Positions 7,715-16,746 of a stretch of 52,422 nt of DNA are shown in pieces. Source of the stretch: Candidatus Woesearchaeota archaeon. Lineage in GTDB: Archaea > Nanobdellota > Nanobdellia > Woesearchaeales > B54-G15. The position numbers and the translations under genes are program-made. Location of the stretch: NCBI GenBank assembly GCA_003648985.1, contig QMQQ01000001.1, positions 1 to 52,422 on the forward strand, read 5' to 3'. The notes under the pieces were generated by a model. That model saw nothing but the letters and a program-made list of their open reading frames with translations, did no database searches and had not been told where the DNA came from. How positions within the stretch are numbered: the first letter of the stretch is position 1; each line of letters opens with the position of its first letter.

Positions 7715-9795
7715 ACTCCTGGGCAGCCGCCGGCATACTCTGCTTTTGCAATGACATATTTTTCTTTTGGTGGTTTAGCGAAGTAGAGAACCTGTTTGGG
7801 CTTACTGCCATAGCGATAAACAGTAATACCTTTGCATTTTAGTTTATATGCTAGTTCGTATGCTTTTTGAACATCATCAACAGTTGCTTTTGTTGGCAGA
7901 TTTATTGTTTTGCTTACAGCATTATCTGTATAACGTTGAAAAGCCGCCTGCATTCTAACATGCCATTCCGGAGTTATGTCGAATGCTGTTCTGAAAAGCT
8001 GTTTCACATCTTTTGGTATTTTTGCTATGCTTTGCAATGAACCTGTTTTTGCTATTTTATCAAGAATGTCTGCAGAATAAAATCCTCTTTTCTTTGCTAT
8101 CCTTTCAAAGAGAGGATTAACTTCAAATAATCTTTTTCCGCCAAGCACTTCACGCATAAAAGATATTGCAAACAGAGGTTCTATACCAGAAGAGCAACCA
8201 GCAATTATGCTTATGCTTCCTGTTGGCGCTATTGTCGTGCATGTTGCATTTCTTAATGCTTTATAGCGATCTGCCCAGACACTTTTATCGAAATTGGGAA
8301 AAGAGCCGCGTTCTTCTGCAAGCTCTATTGATTTTTCTCTTGCTGTAGTTGAGATGAACTTCATTAATTTTTCTGCAAGTTGAAGTGCTTTTTGACTGTC
8401 GTATTTAATGCCAAGCATTATTAACATTTCTGCCCAGCCCATTATGCCGAGACCGATTTTTCTGTTTGCTAAAGTCATTTCTTTAATTTGTTTAAGAGGA
8501 AATTTGTTTACATCGATTACGTTATCGAGAAAATGAACTGCATTTCTTACAGTTATTCTGAGTTTTTCCCAATCGATTTCTCCGTTTGATACGAACTTGG
8601 TAAGATTTATGCTACCGAGATTGCAGCTTTCATATGGCAGTAAGGGTTGTTCACTACAAGGATTTGTGGATTCAATTCTTCCTATTGAAGGTGTTGGATT
8701 ATATCTGTTTATTTCATCGATAAAAATCACTCCGGGATCACCAGTACGCCAGGCATTTTCTGCTATTAAGCGCCATATTTTTCTTGCATTTAATTTTCTT
8801 ACAGGTTTTCCTGTTCTCGGGTTTATCAGTTCGTAATCAGCATTCCGCTTTACCGCAGACATGAATTCATCGCTTACTGCAACTGAAATGTTAAAGTTAT
8901 CAAGGATTCCCGGAATGTTTTTTGCTGTGATGAATTCGACTATGTCTGGATGATCTATGCGTAAAATACCCATCATTGCTCCTCTACGCTTTCCACCAGC
9001 TTTAATGACTTCTGTTGCAATATTATAAACGCGCATAAAACTTACAGGTCCTGATGCAACGCCTTTTGTGCTTTTAACGATATCTCCTCTTGGTCTTAAT
9101 TTAGTGAAGGTAAAGCCGACACCGCCGCCGGTCTGCTCAATTAAAGCCATGTGCTTTAATGTTGTGAATATGCTTTCGAGTGAATCTTCTATAGGCAGAA
9201 CAAAGCAGGCAGAAAGTTGTCCCATCGGCGTTCCTGCATTGAACAAGGTTGGTGAATTCGGAAGAAACTCAAGTTTTGCCATCATTGAGAAAAATGTTTT
9301 TTCTGCGTCCTTGGGATTCTTGCTGTAGCGTTTATCAGCTTTCGCAACTGCAGTTGCTACACGCATAAAAAGTCGCTTTGGCGTTTCTATAATCTTTCCT
9401 GTTTCATCTTTTAGTAAGTAGCGCGCCTTAAGAACTTCAAGAGCGTTTACTGTAAGCTTTGGTTCTAACGGCAAGCCAAGTTCTTGTTTAATCTTTCTTA
9501 GCTCTGCTTTCTTTTTTCTGTAAGCAGAGTATTCGTTTGCTAGACGAATGTATTTTTTCTTTTTTAGAAGTGCGATAACTCTATCTTGGATTTGTTCGAC
9601 TGATGGAATTTTTTTTCTGTCAAAGAATTCTTTTTGAAGTTGCTTTGAAATATCTCGCGTTACTGCTTTAGCAATGCGCCTTGCCTCCTCTTTGGAAATG
9701 CCTATTGCAATAGCTGCTTTTTGAATTGCATGCTCTATCTTTCTCGGCTGAAATGATTCAAGCTCGCCTGTTCTTTTTCTGACAAACCTATGCAT
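7702..9795 (-). CDS. nrdJ: Adenosylcobalamin-dependent (class II) ribonucleotide reductase with N-terminal ATP-cone
   Basis: ATP-cone VRKRTGELESFQPRKIEHAI, the catalytic stretch STNPCSEQPLLPYESCNLGSINL, a size of about 700 aa, and a C-terminal Cys pair (GGCPGVCPH). Confidence 0.9.
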   Translation of the reverse strand: MHRFVRKRTGELESFQPRKIEHAIQKAAIAIGISKEEARRIAKAVTRDISKQLQKEFFDRKKIPSVEQIQDRVIALLKKKKYIRLANEYSAYRKKKAELRKIKQELGLPLEPKLTVNALEVLKARYLLKDETGKIIETPKRLFMRVATAVAKADKRYSKNPKDAEKTFFSMMAKLEFLPNSPTLFNAGTPMGQLSACFVLPIEDSLESIFTTLKHMALIEQTGGGVGFTFTKLRPRGDIVKSTKGVASGPVSFMRVYNIATEVIKAGGKRRGAMMGILRIDHPDIVEFITAKNIPGILDNFNISVAVSDEFMSAVKRNADYELINPRTGKPVRKLNARKIWRLIAENAWRTGDPGVIFIDEINRYNPTPSIGRIESTNPCSEQPLLPYESCNLGSINLTKFVSNGEIDWEKLRITVRNAVHFLDNVIDVNKFPLKQIKEMTLANRKIGLGIMGWAEMLIMLGIKYDSQKALQLAEKLMKFISTTAREKSIELAEERGSFPNFDKSVWADRYKALRNATCTTIAPTGSISIIAGCSSGIEPLFAISFMREVLGGKRLFEVNPLFERIAKKRGFYSADILDKIAKTGSLQSIAKIPKDVKQLFRTAFDITPEWHVRMQAAFQRYTDNAVSKTINLPTKATVDDVQKAYELAYKLKCKGITVYRYGSKPKQVLYFAKPPKEKYVIAKAEYAGGCPGVCPH

Positions 9796-9833
9796 TAAGA
9801 TTAGAATAAAAAGGAAGTATAAAAAAGTTGATG

Positions 9834-10013
9834 CTAAGATTTTGGCTTGATGAGCTTTCTGTATTGGCCCTCTAATAGAATTTTCTGTTGCTTGCTCCAG
9901 TCCTTATCTGAATGCGTTTTGATATAGTTTGCCCAGAATTTAATGAAGTTTATTCTATCTTCTTTTGGTGTTTTTCCAGGGATGAGCTTTATTTTTCTTT
10001 CAGTTTTTTGCAT
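9834..10013 (-). CDS. Small conserved-looking hypothetical protein
   Basis: MQKTERKIKLIPGKTPKEDRINFIKFWANYIKTHSDKDWSKQQKILLEGQ... The start is taken at the internal ATG (10013) to avoid overlap with lgt. Confidence 0.4.
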   Translation of the reverse strand: MQKTERKIKLIPGKTPKEDRINFIKFWANYIKTHSDKDWSKQQKILLEGQYRKLIKPKS

Positions 10014-10026
10014 GTTTTTTACAGAG

Positions 10027-10818
10027 TTATTTTTCCTTTCTAATTTTCCATCTAACAAGAACTGGAATAGCTACTGCGATCATTCCTAGGCAGAGCCACT
10101 GACCTTTGCTTAAGCCGAGGAAATAATAATTCCAATAGCGGAAGAATTCGATTGAGAAGCGAAGGACTCCATAAAGCAGAATGAAATGCCAGAAGACAAT
10201 GCCATTTCTAAGTTGCTTTGTGAATTTTCTTTTGAGAATGAAGCTCAAGATAAAGAAATTAAAAAGGTTTTTTCCTGCTTCGTATAGCTGTGAAGGATGC
10301 CTGCAGCCAGACGCTGTTGGAAAGCGAACACACCATGGAACATTGCTTATTTTTCCATAAAGCTCTGCGTTGATGAAATTCCCAATTCTACCGAAAAATA
10401 AAGCTAATGATGCTGAAACAGCAAGCACATCAGCGAGTTGATAAAATGAGATTTTTCGTTTCTTGCAAAAAATCCAACCCATTAAAACAGCGCCGAGCAA
10501 ACCACCATGAAAACTTAAACCGCCATGCCAAATAGCAAATATTTCTAATGGATGTGCAAAATAATAGCGTGGCTCATAATAAAGAACTTGCATTGCTCTT
10601 GAGCCGAGCAGAACTCCGATAAGCAAATAAAGTATAAGTTCTGCAAGATACTCTCTTTTTAGATTCTTTATTCTGTTTGTTTTAACGGCATTTAAAAGAA
10701 AAAGATACGCGAGAAAAAATCCAAATACAAAGATAATACCATACCATCTAACCTGAAAAGGACCGATCGAAAAAGCAACTGGATTTATTCGATGAATGAA
10801 CATTTTTTTTTCTTTCAT
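10027..10818 (-). CDS. lgt: Prolipoprotein diacylglyceryl transferase (Lgt)
   Basis: Lgt hallmarks: FSIGPFQVRWYGIIFVFGF, HGGLSFHGGLLG, FFGRIGNFINAELYGK, HPSQLYEA. About 7 TM segments. Confidence 0.85.
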   Translation of the reverse strand: MKEKKMFIHRINPVAFSIGPFQVRWYGIIFVFGFFLAYLFLLNAVKTNRIKNLKREYLAELILYLLIGVLLGSRAMQVLYYEPRYYFAHPLEIFAIWHGGLSFHGGLLGAVLMGWIFCKKRKISFYQLADVLAVSASLALFFGRIGNFINAELYGKISNVPWCVRFPTASGCRHPSQLYEAGKNLFNFFILSFILKRKFTKQLRNGIVFWHFILLYGVLRFSIEFFRYWNYYFLGLSKGQWLCLGMIAVAIPVLVRWKIRKEK

Positions 10819-10875
10819 AAGAGCGATTAAAAATTTTCCGATTGATTTTTATAATTGGGAATAGTCATATGAGAA

Positions 10876-11298
10876 ATGATAGATGGAGCAATTGCAAATG
10901 CAGAAAGAAATAGAGTACTTCAAGAACTTCCAGGATTCGTCAAAAAAGTAGTAGAAGATATTAAAAAGAATAAGAAAGTTGTTGCTATAATCCTGTTCGG
11001 ATCTTGGGCAAAAGGAAGAGTTACTCCTTTATCTGATATAGATCTCGCTGTTATAATCAAAGAGCCTGATCCAAAGACCGAGGCAGAAATAGGCAGTATG
11101 TGTTCTAGAATGATTGATATTTCACTTTTTCATAAACTTCCAGTATATATCCAACATAGCATATTGAAGGATGGAATTGTTTTGTATTTGAAGAAAGAAG
11201 ATGAAGATTTTTATAAAGAAGTTGTACTTAAAGTTATAAGAAATTATCTTGAAATAGAATGGATTTATAGAAAACGACTTAAAGAGGTGTTTGGATGA
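10876..11298 (+). CDS. mntA: Nucleotidyltransferase-domain antitoxin (MntA-like)
   Basis: AIILFGSWAKGRVTPLSDIDLAVII carries the GSxxxG..SDxD signature. There is a 4-nt ATGA overlap with the downstream HEPN gene. Confidence 0.8.
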   Translation: MIDGAIANAERNRVLQELPGFVKKVVEDIKKNKKVVAIILFGSWAKGRVTPLSDIDLAVIIKEPDPKTEAEIGSMCSRMIDISLFHKLPVYIQHSILKDGIVLYLKKEDEDFYKEVVLKVIRNYLEIEWIYRKRLKEVFG

Positions 11299-11714
11299 AT
11301 AGAAAAAACATAAGATTAATTGAACTATTCAACAGAATTGAAGAGCATGTAAGCCAAGCAAAGGAACTTTTTTCAAAAGATTATAAAGAAGATAGAATTA
11401 TTTTCAATGCATTATGCATGGAATGTTTTCAGGCAATAAACTCAGCCATAGATCTTGGAGAAGAAATACTATCAATTGCGAATATTGGAATCCCAATCAC
11501 TTATAGAGATATATTCAATAAACTGTGCGATGCTGGATGGATTTCTAAAGAAATTACGAAATGCATATCTACTTTGATTTATTATAGGAATGTTATTTCT
11601 CATGAATATCATAAAATAACTTTTGAAGAATTAAAAGACGTTGTTGATAAACTAGATTGCTTAATTGATTTTTTGGCGCGTATAAAGAAAAAATTAGAGA
11701 AAATAAAAGATTAA
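11295..11714 (+). CDS. hepT: HEPN-domain (DUF86/HepT-like) toxin
   Basis: Rx4H motif in YRNVISHEYHKITFEEL near the C-terminus, all-helical, about 139 aa, directly coupled to the MNT gene. Confidence 0.8.
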   Translation: MNRKNIRLIELFNRIEEHVSQAKELFSKDYKEDRIIFNALCMECFQAINSAIDLGEEILSIANIGIPITYRDIFNKLCDAGWISKEITKCISTLIYYRNVISHEYHKITFEELKDVVDKLDCLIDFLARIKKKLEKIKD

Positions 11715-12985
11715 CAGCTTCCGCTTGAAGCAGTTGATTCTGTACTTAAGGTTTTACTGCATCCTTTTAAGTTCGGATTATACTGACAGAATTGCTGTTT
11801 TATTGCCTCTGCTGTTCTTCTTCCTGTGCTTTCATCGACGCCACTAATTGCGTACTTGTTATTTACTAAGAAAGTTGGACTTGCTCCTATCTTAAGTTCC
11901 TGTGCAATCTTAATATCTTCACTCAATAATTTTTTTCCTTCATCGCCTTCAGCGCATTTCTTGATTTTATCTGCATCTATACCTGCTTTCTTTGCACAGT
12001 TTTCCCAATCCTTGCTTTGAATATCTTTGTTTCTACACCAGATATAGTCAAGGTACTTGTTGCCTTTCTTGTAGTATTTCTTTGCACAAAGTTGTCTTAT
12101 ATTTTCTTCTACTTCTGCTGGTCCGTGTAATGATACGAAAGTTCCATTTGAAATTTCATTTGCTATATAGTGAATATCAAATTCTATGTCATTACCAAAT
12201 GCATCAAGAACTTCTTTCATCAAATTTACTGCTTGCATTCCAAACGGACATTGGCTCATTATGAACAGATCAAGTTTTGCTTTTTCTTCTGGTCTGCAAA
12301 CTACACTGTTTGCACAATCAGGGTCATCACAATCAACTAAGCCATTTCCTGTGTCGTCTATGCCGTTATCGCAAATCTCTTTTGTGGGATCAAATTCAGC
12401 GCCAATACGCAATGAGTAGTAATCTCCAACCTCATCAAGATATGGCTGTAATTGAGCATATGCTGCTTGATTTTCAACGTCTTTATTGAATAAAACTACT
12501 GGTAAATATTGAAGATTTAATTTTTCATAAAGCTTTTTTCCTTTAGGATCACTATAATCAAGTTCTTCAAATTCTATTCCAGGCAAGATCATTGAGAGCT
12601 GTGCTTTTAGCTGGGTAACGTCGCATTCCTTACAGCGCTGATCGTTTAGCACGATTGCTTTGAAGCTATTCACTGCTTTTCCTGTAGGACCAAATCTGAA
12701 GCCATGCGTTAAAATCGATAAGACCAGCATAATACCAAGAATAAATGTTAGGGTTTTCCATACCCTTCCCGGTTTTTCAGGCTTGGGTTCAAAAGCTGCT
12801 TTTTTATTGTTTGTGATTTCTTCAACCTCTTTCATAGCTTCTGCTTCAGGCTCGACTTTCTCTTCTTTTACTTCTTCTTTTTTCTCTGGTTCTTGAACGT
12901 CTGGTTGTGCGTTTTCAGATTGAGTATCCTCTTGTTTTGGTTGAATGTCTTCTGGTTTTGGTTCATCGTCTGGCATTAAAATCAC
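11711..12985 (-). CDS. Membrane-anchored exported thiol:disulfide oxidoreductase-like protein (two thioredoxin/DsbA-like regions plus a Cys-rich linker)
   Basis: Acidic P/E/K-rich N-terminus followed by one TM segment. The CKEC motif sits upstream of LPVVLF (Trx-like). The segment CDNGIDDTGNGLVDCDDPDCANSVVC is Cys-rich. A second domain contains FIMSQCPFGMQ. Confidence 0.45.
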   Translation of the reverse strand: MILMPDDEPKPEDIQPKQEDTQSENAQPDVQEPEKKEEVKEEKVEPEAEAMKEVEEITNNKKAAFEPKPEKPGRVWKTLTFILGIMLVLSILTHGFRFGPTGKAVNSFKAIVLNDQRCKECDVTQLKAQLSMILPGIEFEELDYSDPKGKKLYEKLNLQYLPVVLFNKDVENQAAYAQLQPYLDEVGDYYSLRIGAEFDPTKEICDNGIDDTGNGLVDCDDPDCANSVVCRPEEKAKLDLFIMSQCPFGMQAVNLMKEVLDAFGNDIEFDIHYIANEISNGTFVSLHGPAEVEENIRQLCAKKYYKKGNKYLDYIWCRNKDIQSKDWENCAKKAGIDADKIKKCAEGDEGKKLLSEDIKIAQELKIGASPTFLVNNKYAISGVDESTGRRTAEAIKQQFCQYNPNLKGCSKTLSTESTASSGSC

Positions 12986-13087
12986 CCTTTAAAAAACAAT
13001 TCTAATTCGAGAATGAGGATGTTTTTAAAGTTTTTTGTGATAGAGAAGGCAAAACTTTATTAATGTTGTTTTAAAAAACAGAGGAAA

Positions 13088-16000
13088 ATGCCAGGGGAAA
13101 GATATGATCCATTGCAGGTCGAGAAAGAAGTACTTGATTTTTGGCAAAAGAATGAGATATATAGGAAAGCCAAAGAAAAGAACAAAGGAAAAGAAAAATT
13201 CTATTTTTTAGATGGTCCTCCATACACAAGCGGAAGAGTTCATATAGGTACTGCTTGGAACAAGGCATTCAAAGATATGTTTCTTCGATATAAAAGGATG
13301 AAAGGCTTTGATGTTTGGGACAGAGCCGGATATGATATGCATGGATTGCCTGTTGAACATGCCGTTGAAGAAAAGCTCGGAATAAAACACAAAGATGAAA
13401 TTCCTAAGTTTGGTGTTGCGCGGTTTATTGAAGAATGCAGAAATTTTGCTCTTACGAATGCTAAGCTGATGAGTGAAGATTTTAAGCGACTCGGTGTATG
13501 GATGGACTTTGATAATGCTTACATGAGCATTAAGAATGAATTTATTGAAGGTGTTTGGTTTCTTGTTAAAAAAGCACATGAAAAAGGAAGGTTATATCTT
13601 GGAGAAAAGGTTATGCACTGGTGTCCAAAGTGTGCTACTGCTTTGGCAAAACATGAATTGGACTACAAGAATGTAAAGGATGTTAGTGTATTTTTAAAGT
13701 TTAAGATAAAAAGAAAAGAAAATGAATATCTCGTTATTTGGACAACAACGCCATGGACAATTCCATTTAATCTCGGGGTTATGGTTCATCCTGAATTTGA
13801 TTATGTTAAAGTTAAAGTTGATGACGAATACTGGATTGTTGCAAAAGGCTTGGCCGGAGCTTTTATTCAAGGCGTAGTTGGAAAAAAGCTTGAAATAGTT
13901 GATGAATTTAAGGGCAAGGAACTTGAGGGTCTTGAATATGAACATCCTCTATATGAAGAGCTTAAAGAGATTTATGATAAGTTGAAGAAAGAACATTCTA
14001 ATGTTCACACTGTTGTTCTTTCAGAAGAATATGTTGATCTTTCTGCTGGTACAGGTTTAGTACATATGGCTCCTGGCTGCGGACCAGAGGACTATGAAGT
14101 AGGTCATAGATACAAAATTCCACCCTTTAACAATCTTGATGAAGAAGGAAGATTTCCAGCTGAGATGGGAAATTTTGCAGGATTTATTGCAAGAAAGGAT
14201 GATAAAAAGTTCATCGAAGAATTTGAGAAAGTTGGATGTTTGATAGCAAAAAGTGATGTTGATCACGAATATGCGCATTGCTGGCGATGCAAGCAACCTG
14301 TTATTTTTAGAACAACACTGCAATGGTTTTTTAAGATTGAAGATTTAATTGAGAAGATGAGGGAACTGAATAAAAAAGTAAAATGGGTTCCTGAATGGGC
14401 AGGAAGCAGACAATTTGATAATTGGTTGGCAAACTTAAGAGACAATAGCATAACAAGGCAACGCTATTGGGGAACGCCTGTGCCAATATGGAAGTGTGAT
14501 AAATGCGATGCGTTTATTGTTATTGGTTCTATTAAAGAGCTTAAAGAGCATGCTACTGTTCCTGAAGACTTGCATAGGCCATGGATAGATGATGTTACAT
14601 TTAGATGCAAGCATTGTGATGGCACTATGCATAGGATTGCTGATGTTCTTGATGTCTGGATTGATGCAGGAACTACAAGCTGGACATGTCTTGATTATCC
14701 GCAAAGAGAAGACTTATTAAAGCAATTGTGGCCTGCTGATTTCATACTTGAAGGCAAGGATCAGATCAGGGGATGGTTTAATTTATTGCTTATAGCTTCG
14801 ATGATTGCTTTTGAAAAGCACAGCTATAAAGCAGTTTATATGCATGGTTTTGTGAATGATGCTCTTGGCAGAAAGATGAGTAAAAGCTTAGGCAATGTCA
14901 TTTCGCCTTATGAGGTTATTGATAAGTACGGTGCTGATGTTCTTAGGTATTATATGATAGGCGGAGCAGAGCCAGGAGTTGATATAAATTATAATTTTGA
15001 TGACATGAGGGTTAAAGCCAGAAATTTAAGCGTGCTTTGGAATACTTACAGATTCGTGCTTGACCTTGCAAAACAAGTTCAGTTAAAGGAGCTTGATGAA
15101 AGCGCTCTTGGAGCAGAAGAAAGATACATAATATCGAGGTTGCATAGTACAATAAAAAAAGTTAGCGAATTGTTCGAGAATTATGTTTTGAATGAAATTC
15201 CGTGGGAAGTTGAAAGACTGTTCCTTGATTTAAGCAGAATCTACATAAAGTTAGTTAGAGAAAAATTGATTGATGAAAAGGGCAAGGAGATTGTATTATT
15301 TACTTGCTTTAAGGTTTTACTTGAATGCTTGAAGCTTTTTGCGCCAGTTGCTCCGTTTATTTGTGAAAGAATCTACCAGGGTCTTAGGAAGGTATTTGGA
15401 ATTAAAGTTGAAAGTATCCATCTGTTTGATTGGCCGGAATATAACAATGGATTAATTGATTCCGAACTTGAATATAAGTTTGATGTGATGAGCAAAATAA
15501 TAAGTGCTATTTTGTCAGTTAGGGACAGGATAAAGAGAGGCGTAAGATGGCCGTTAAGCAGAGCAGTTGTTGTTGGCGATGAAAAAATAAGAAACGTTGC
15601 TGAAGAGTTTGCGGACTTGATTAAGCGTCAAGCGAATGTTAAAGAGCTTATTGCTGAAGAAAGCTTTGGAAGACTTGAAAGGGTTAAAGCAGATTTTTCA
15701 AAAATTGAAAATGAATTTAATGAAAAAACCGCTGCAAAAATTATAGCTGCAATTGCCACAACATCAGCTGAGACAGTAGCTAAGCATATCAGCAAAGAAG
15801 GTAAGTTCGAAGTTGAGGTTGATGGAAAGAAAATCGCTATTAAAAAAGAACATCTGATATTTGAATATAGCATACCAAAAAATTATGAATCTGAAGAGTT
15901 TTATTGTGGAAAGGTCTATGTAAATACTAAGCTGACTCCTGAGCTTGAGGCAGAAGGTTATGCAAGAGAACTTGCAAGAAGGATTCAAATTCTGCGGAAA

Positions 16001-16219
16001 AGGGCAGGACTTGAGAAACGGCAGAAAATAGTATTGCACGTAAAAGCTGACGAGGATATTGTAAATATGTTAAGGAATTTTGAAGAACAGATAATGTTAA
16101 AAGTTGGTGCAGAACATATGAAAATCACAACAATTAAACCTGCTAGAAAGCATGAGTGGGTTTCAATCGAAAAGATTAAAAATAAAGAATTACAAATTGC
16201 ATTCGATCTCATTGGCTAA
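13088..16219 (+). CDS. ileS: Isoleucine--tRNA ligase
   Basis: HIGH-type motif PPYTSGRVHIGTAWNK and KMSKS motif GRKMSKSLGN. Zinc knuckles (HWCPKCATAL, CWRCKQP, CDKCD...CKHCD). 1043 aa. Confidence 0.97.
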   Translation: MPGERYDPLQVEKEVLDFWQKNEIYRKAKEKNKGKEKFYFLDGPPYTSGRVHIGTAWNKAFKDMFLRYKRMKGFDVWDRAGYDMHGLPVEHAVEEKLGIKHKDEIPKFGVARFIEECRNFALTNAKLMSEDFKRLGVWMDFDNAYMSIKNEFIEGVWFLVKKAHEKGRLYLGEKVMHWCPKCATALAKHELDYKNVKDVSVFLKFKIKRKENEYLVIWTTTPWTIPFNLGVMVHPEFDYVKVKVDDEYWIVAKGLAGAFIQGVVGKKLEIVDEFKGKELEGLEYEHPLYEELKEIYDKLKKEHSNVHTVVLSEEYVDLSAGTGLVHMAPGCGPEDYEVGHRYKIPPFNNLDEEGRFPAEMGNFAGFIARKDDKKFIEEFEKVGCLIAKSDVDHEYAHCWRCKQPVIFRTTLQWFFKIEDLIEKMRELNKKVKWVPEWAGSRQFDNWLANLRDNSITRQRYWGTPVPIWKCDKCDAFIVIGSIKELKEHATVPEDLHRPWIDDVTFRCKHCDGTMHRIADVLDVWIDAGTTSWTCLDYPQREDLLKQLWPADFILEGKDQIRGWFNLLLIASMIAFEKHSYKAVYMHGFVNDALGRKMSKSLGNVISPYEVIDKYGADVLRYYMIGGAEPGVDINYNFDDMRVKARNLSVLWNTYRFVLDLAKQVQLKELDESALGAEERYIISRLHSTIKKVSELFENYVLNEIPWEVERLFLDLSRIYIKLVREKLIDEKGKEIVLFTCFKVLLECLKLFAPVAPFICERIYQGLRKVFGIKVESIHLFDWPEYNNGLIDSELEYKFDVMSKIISAILSVRDRIKRGVRWPLSRAVVVGDEKIRNVAEEFADLIKRQANVKELIAEESFGRLERVKADFSKIENEFNEKTAAKIIAAIATTSAETVAKHISKEGKFEVEVDGKKIAIKKEHLIFEYSIPKNYESEEFYCGKVYVNTKLTPELEAEGYARELARRIQILRKRAGLEKRQKIVLHVKADEDIVNMLRNFEEQIMLKVGAEHMKITTIKPARKHEWVSIEKIKNKELQIAFDLIG

Positions 16220-16245
16220 TAACTAAAATATTGAGGGTGGTATTT

Positions 16246-16431
16246 ATGAGCGAGCTTTGTAAGAATTGCAATAATTGGAAAAGATTTGGTGAGAACTGTT
16301 GGTTCTATTGGAAAGGAAAGAGAAAATGCACACAGTTTGTTGATCAAAATAATTTTAAGCAAAAGTTTATTGATTTAGATGAAGAAACAAGTATGCTAAT
16401 AGAAAAAGCAAGGGCGGTGTTAAACAAATGA
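16246..16431 (+). CDS. Small Cys-containing protein (61 aa)
   Basis: A GAGGGTGG RBS precedes the ATG at 16246. MSELCKNCNNWKRFGENCWFYWKGKRKCTQF has four Cys. There is a 4-nt overlap with the next ORF. Confidence 0.35.
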   Translation: MSELCKNCNNWKRFGENCWFYWKGKRKCTQFVDQNNFKQKFIDLDEETSMLIEKARAVLNK

Positions 16432-16688
16432 TAAAAGACGTGTGTAAGTTAAGAGAATGCCCTGAATGTGGAAGTAGGAATGTGGTTTGCAGTGAAACAA
16501 GAGAACAATTGATATGCAAAGACTGCGGATGCATTTTTGAACCTTTGCTTGGTGAGGAAGAGAAAAAGCTTGAAAAGATCGCTGGAATAGAGTCTGAGGA
16601 GAAGGTAAAGAAAGTTAAGAAAAAAAGTACAGGCACTAAAGCAAGGAGAGCAAAGAAAGCAAAGAGGATAAAGAAAAAAAAGAGGTAA
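16428..16688 (+). CDS. Stand-alone TFIIB/TFB-type zinc-ribbon protein with Lys-rich tail
   Basis: CPECGSRNVVCSETREQLICKDCGCIF matches the N-terminal TFB Zn-ribbon pattern (CPxCG..x15..CxxCG). No cyclin-fold core follows. The tail is KKVKKKSTGTKARRAKKAKRIKKKKR. Confidence 0.55.
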   Translation: MIKDVCKLRECPECGSRNVVCSETREQLICKDCGCIFEPLLGEEEKKLEKIAGIESEEKVKKVKKKSTGTKARRAKKAKRIKKKKR

Positions 16689-16746
16689 AATACAGGGATC
16701 TCTAATTCTTATAGGGGGAAGTATTCTCGTTGAATTCTCTTTTTGA

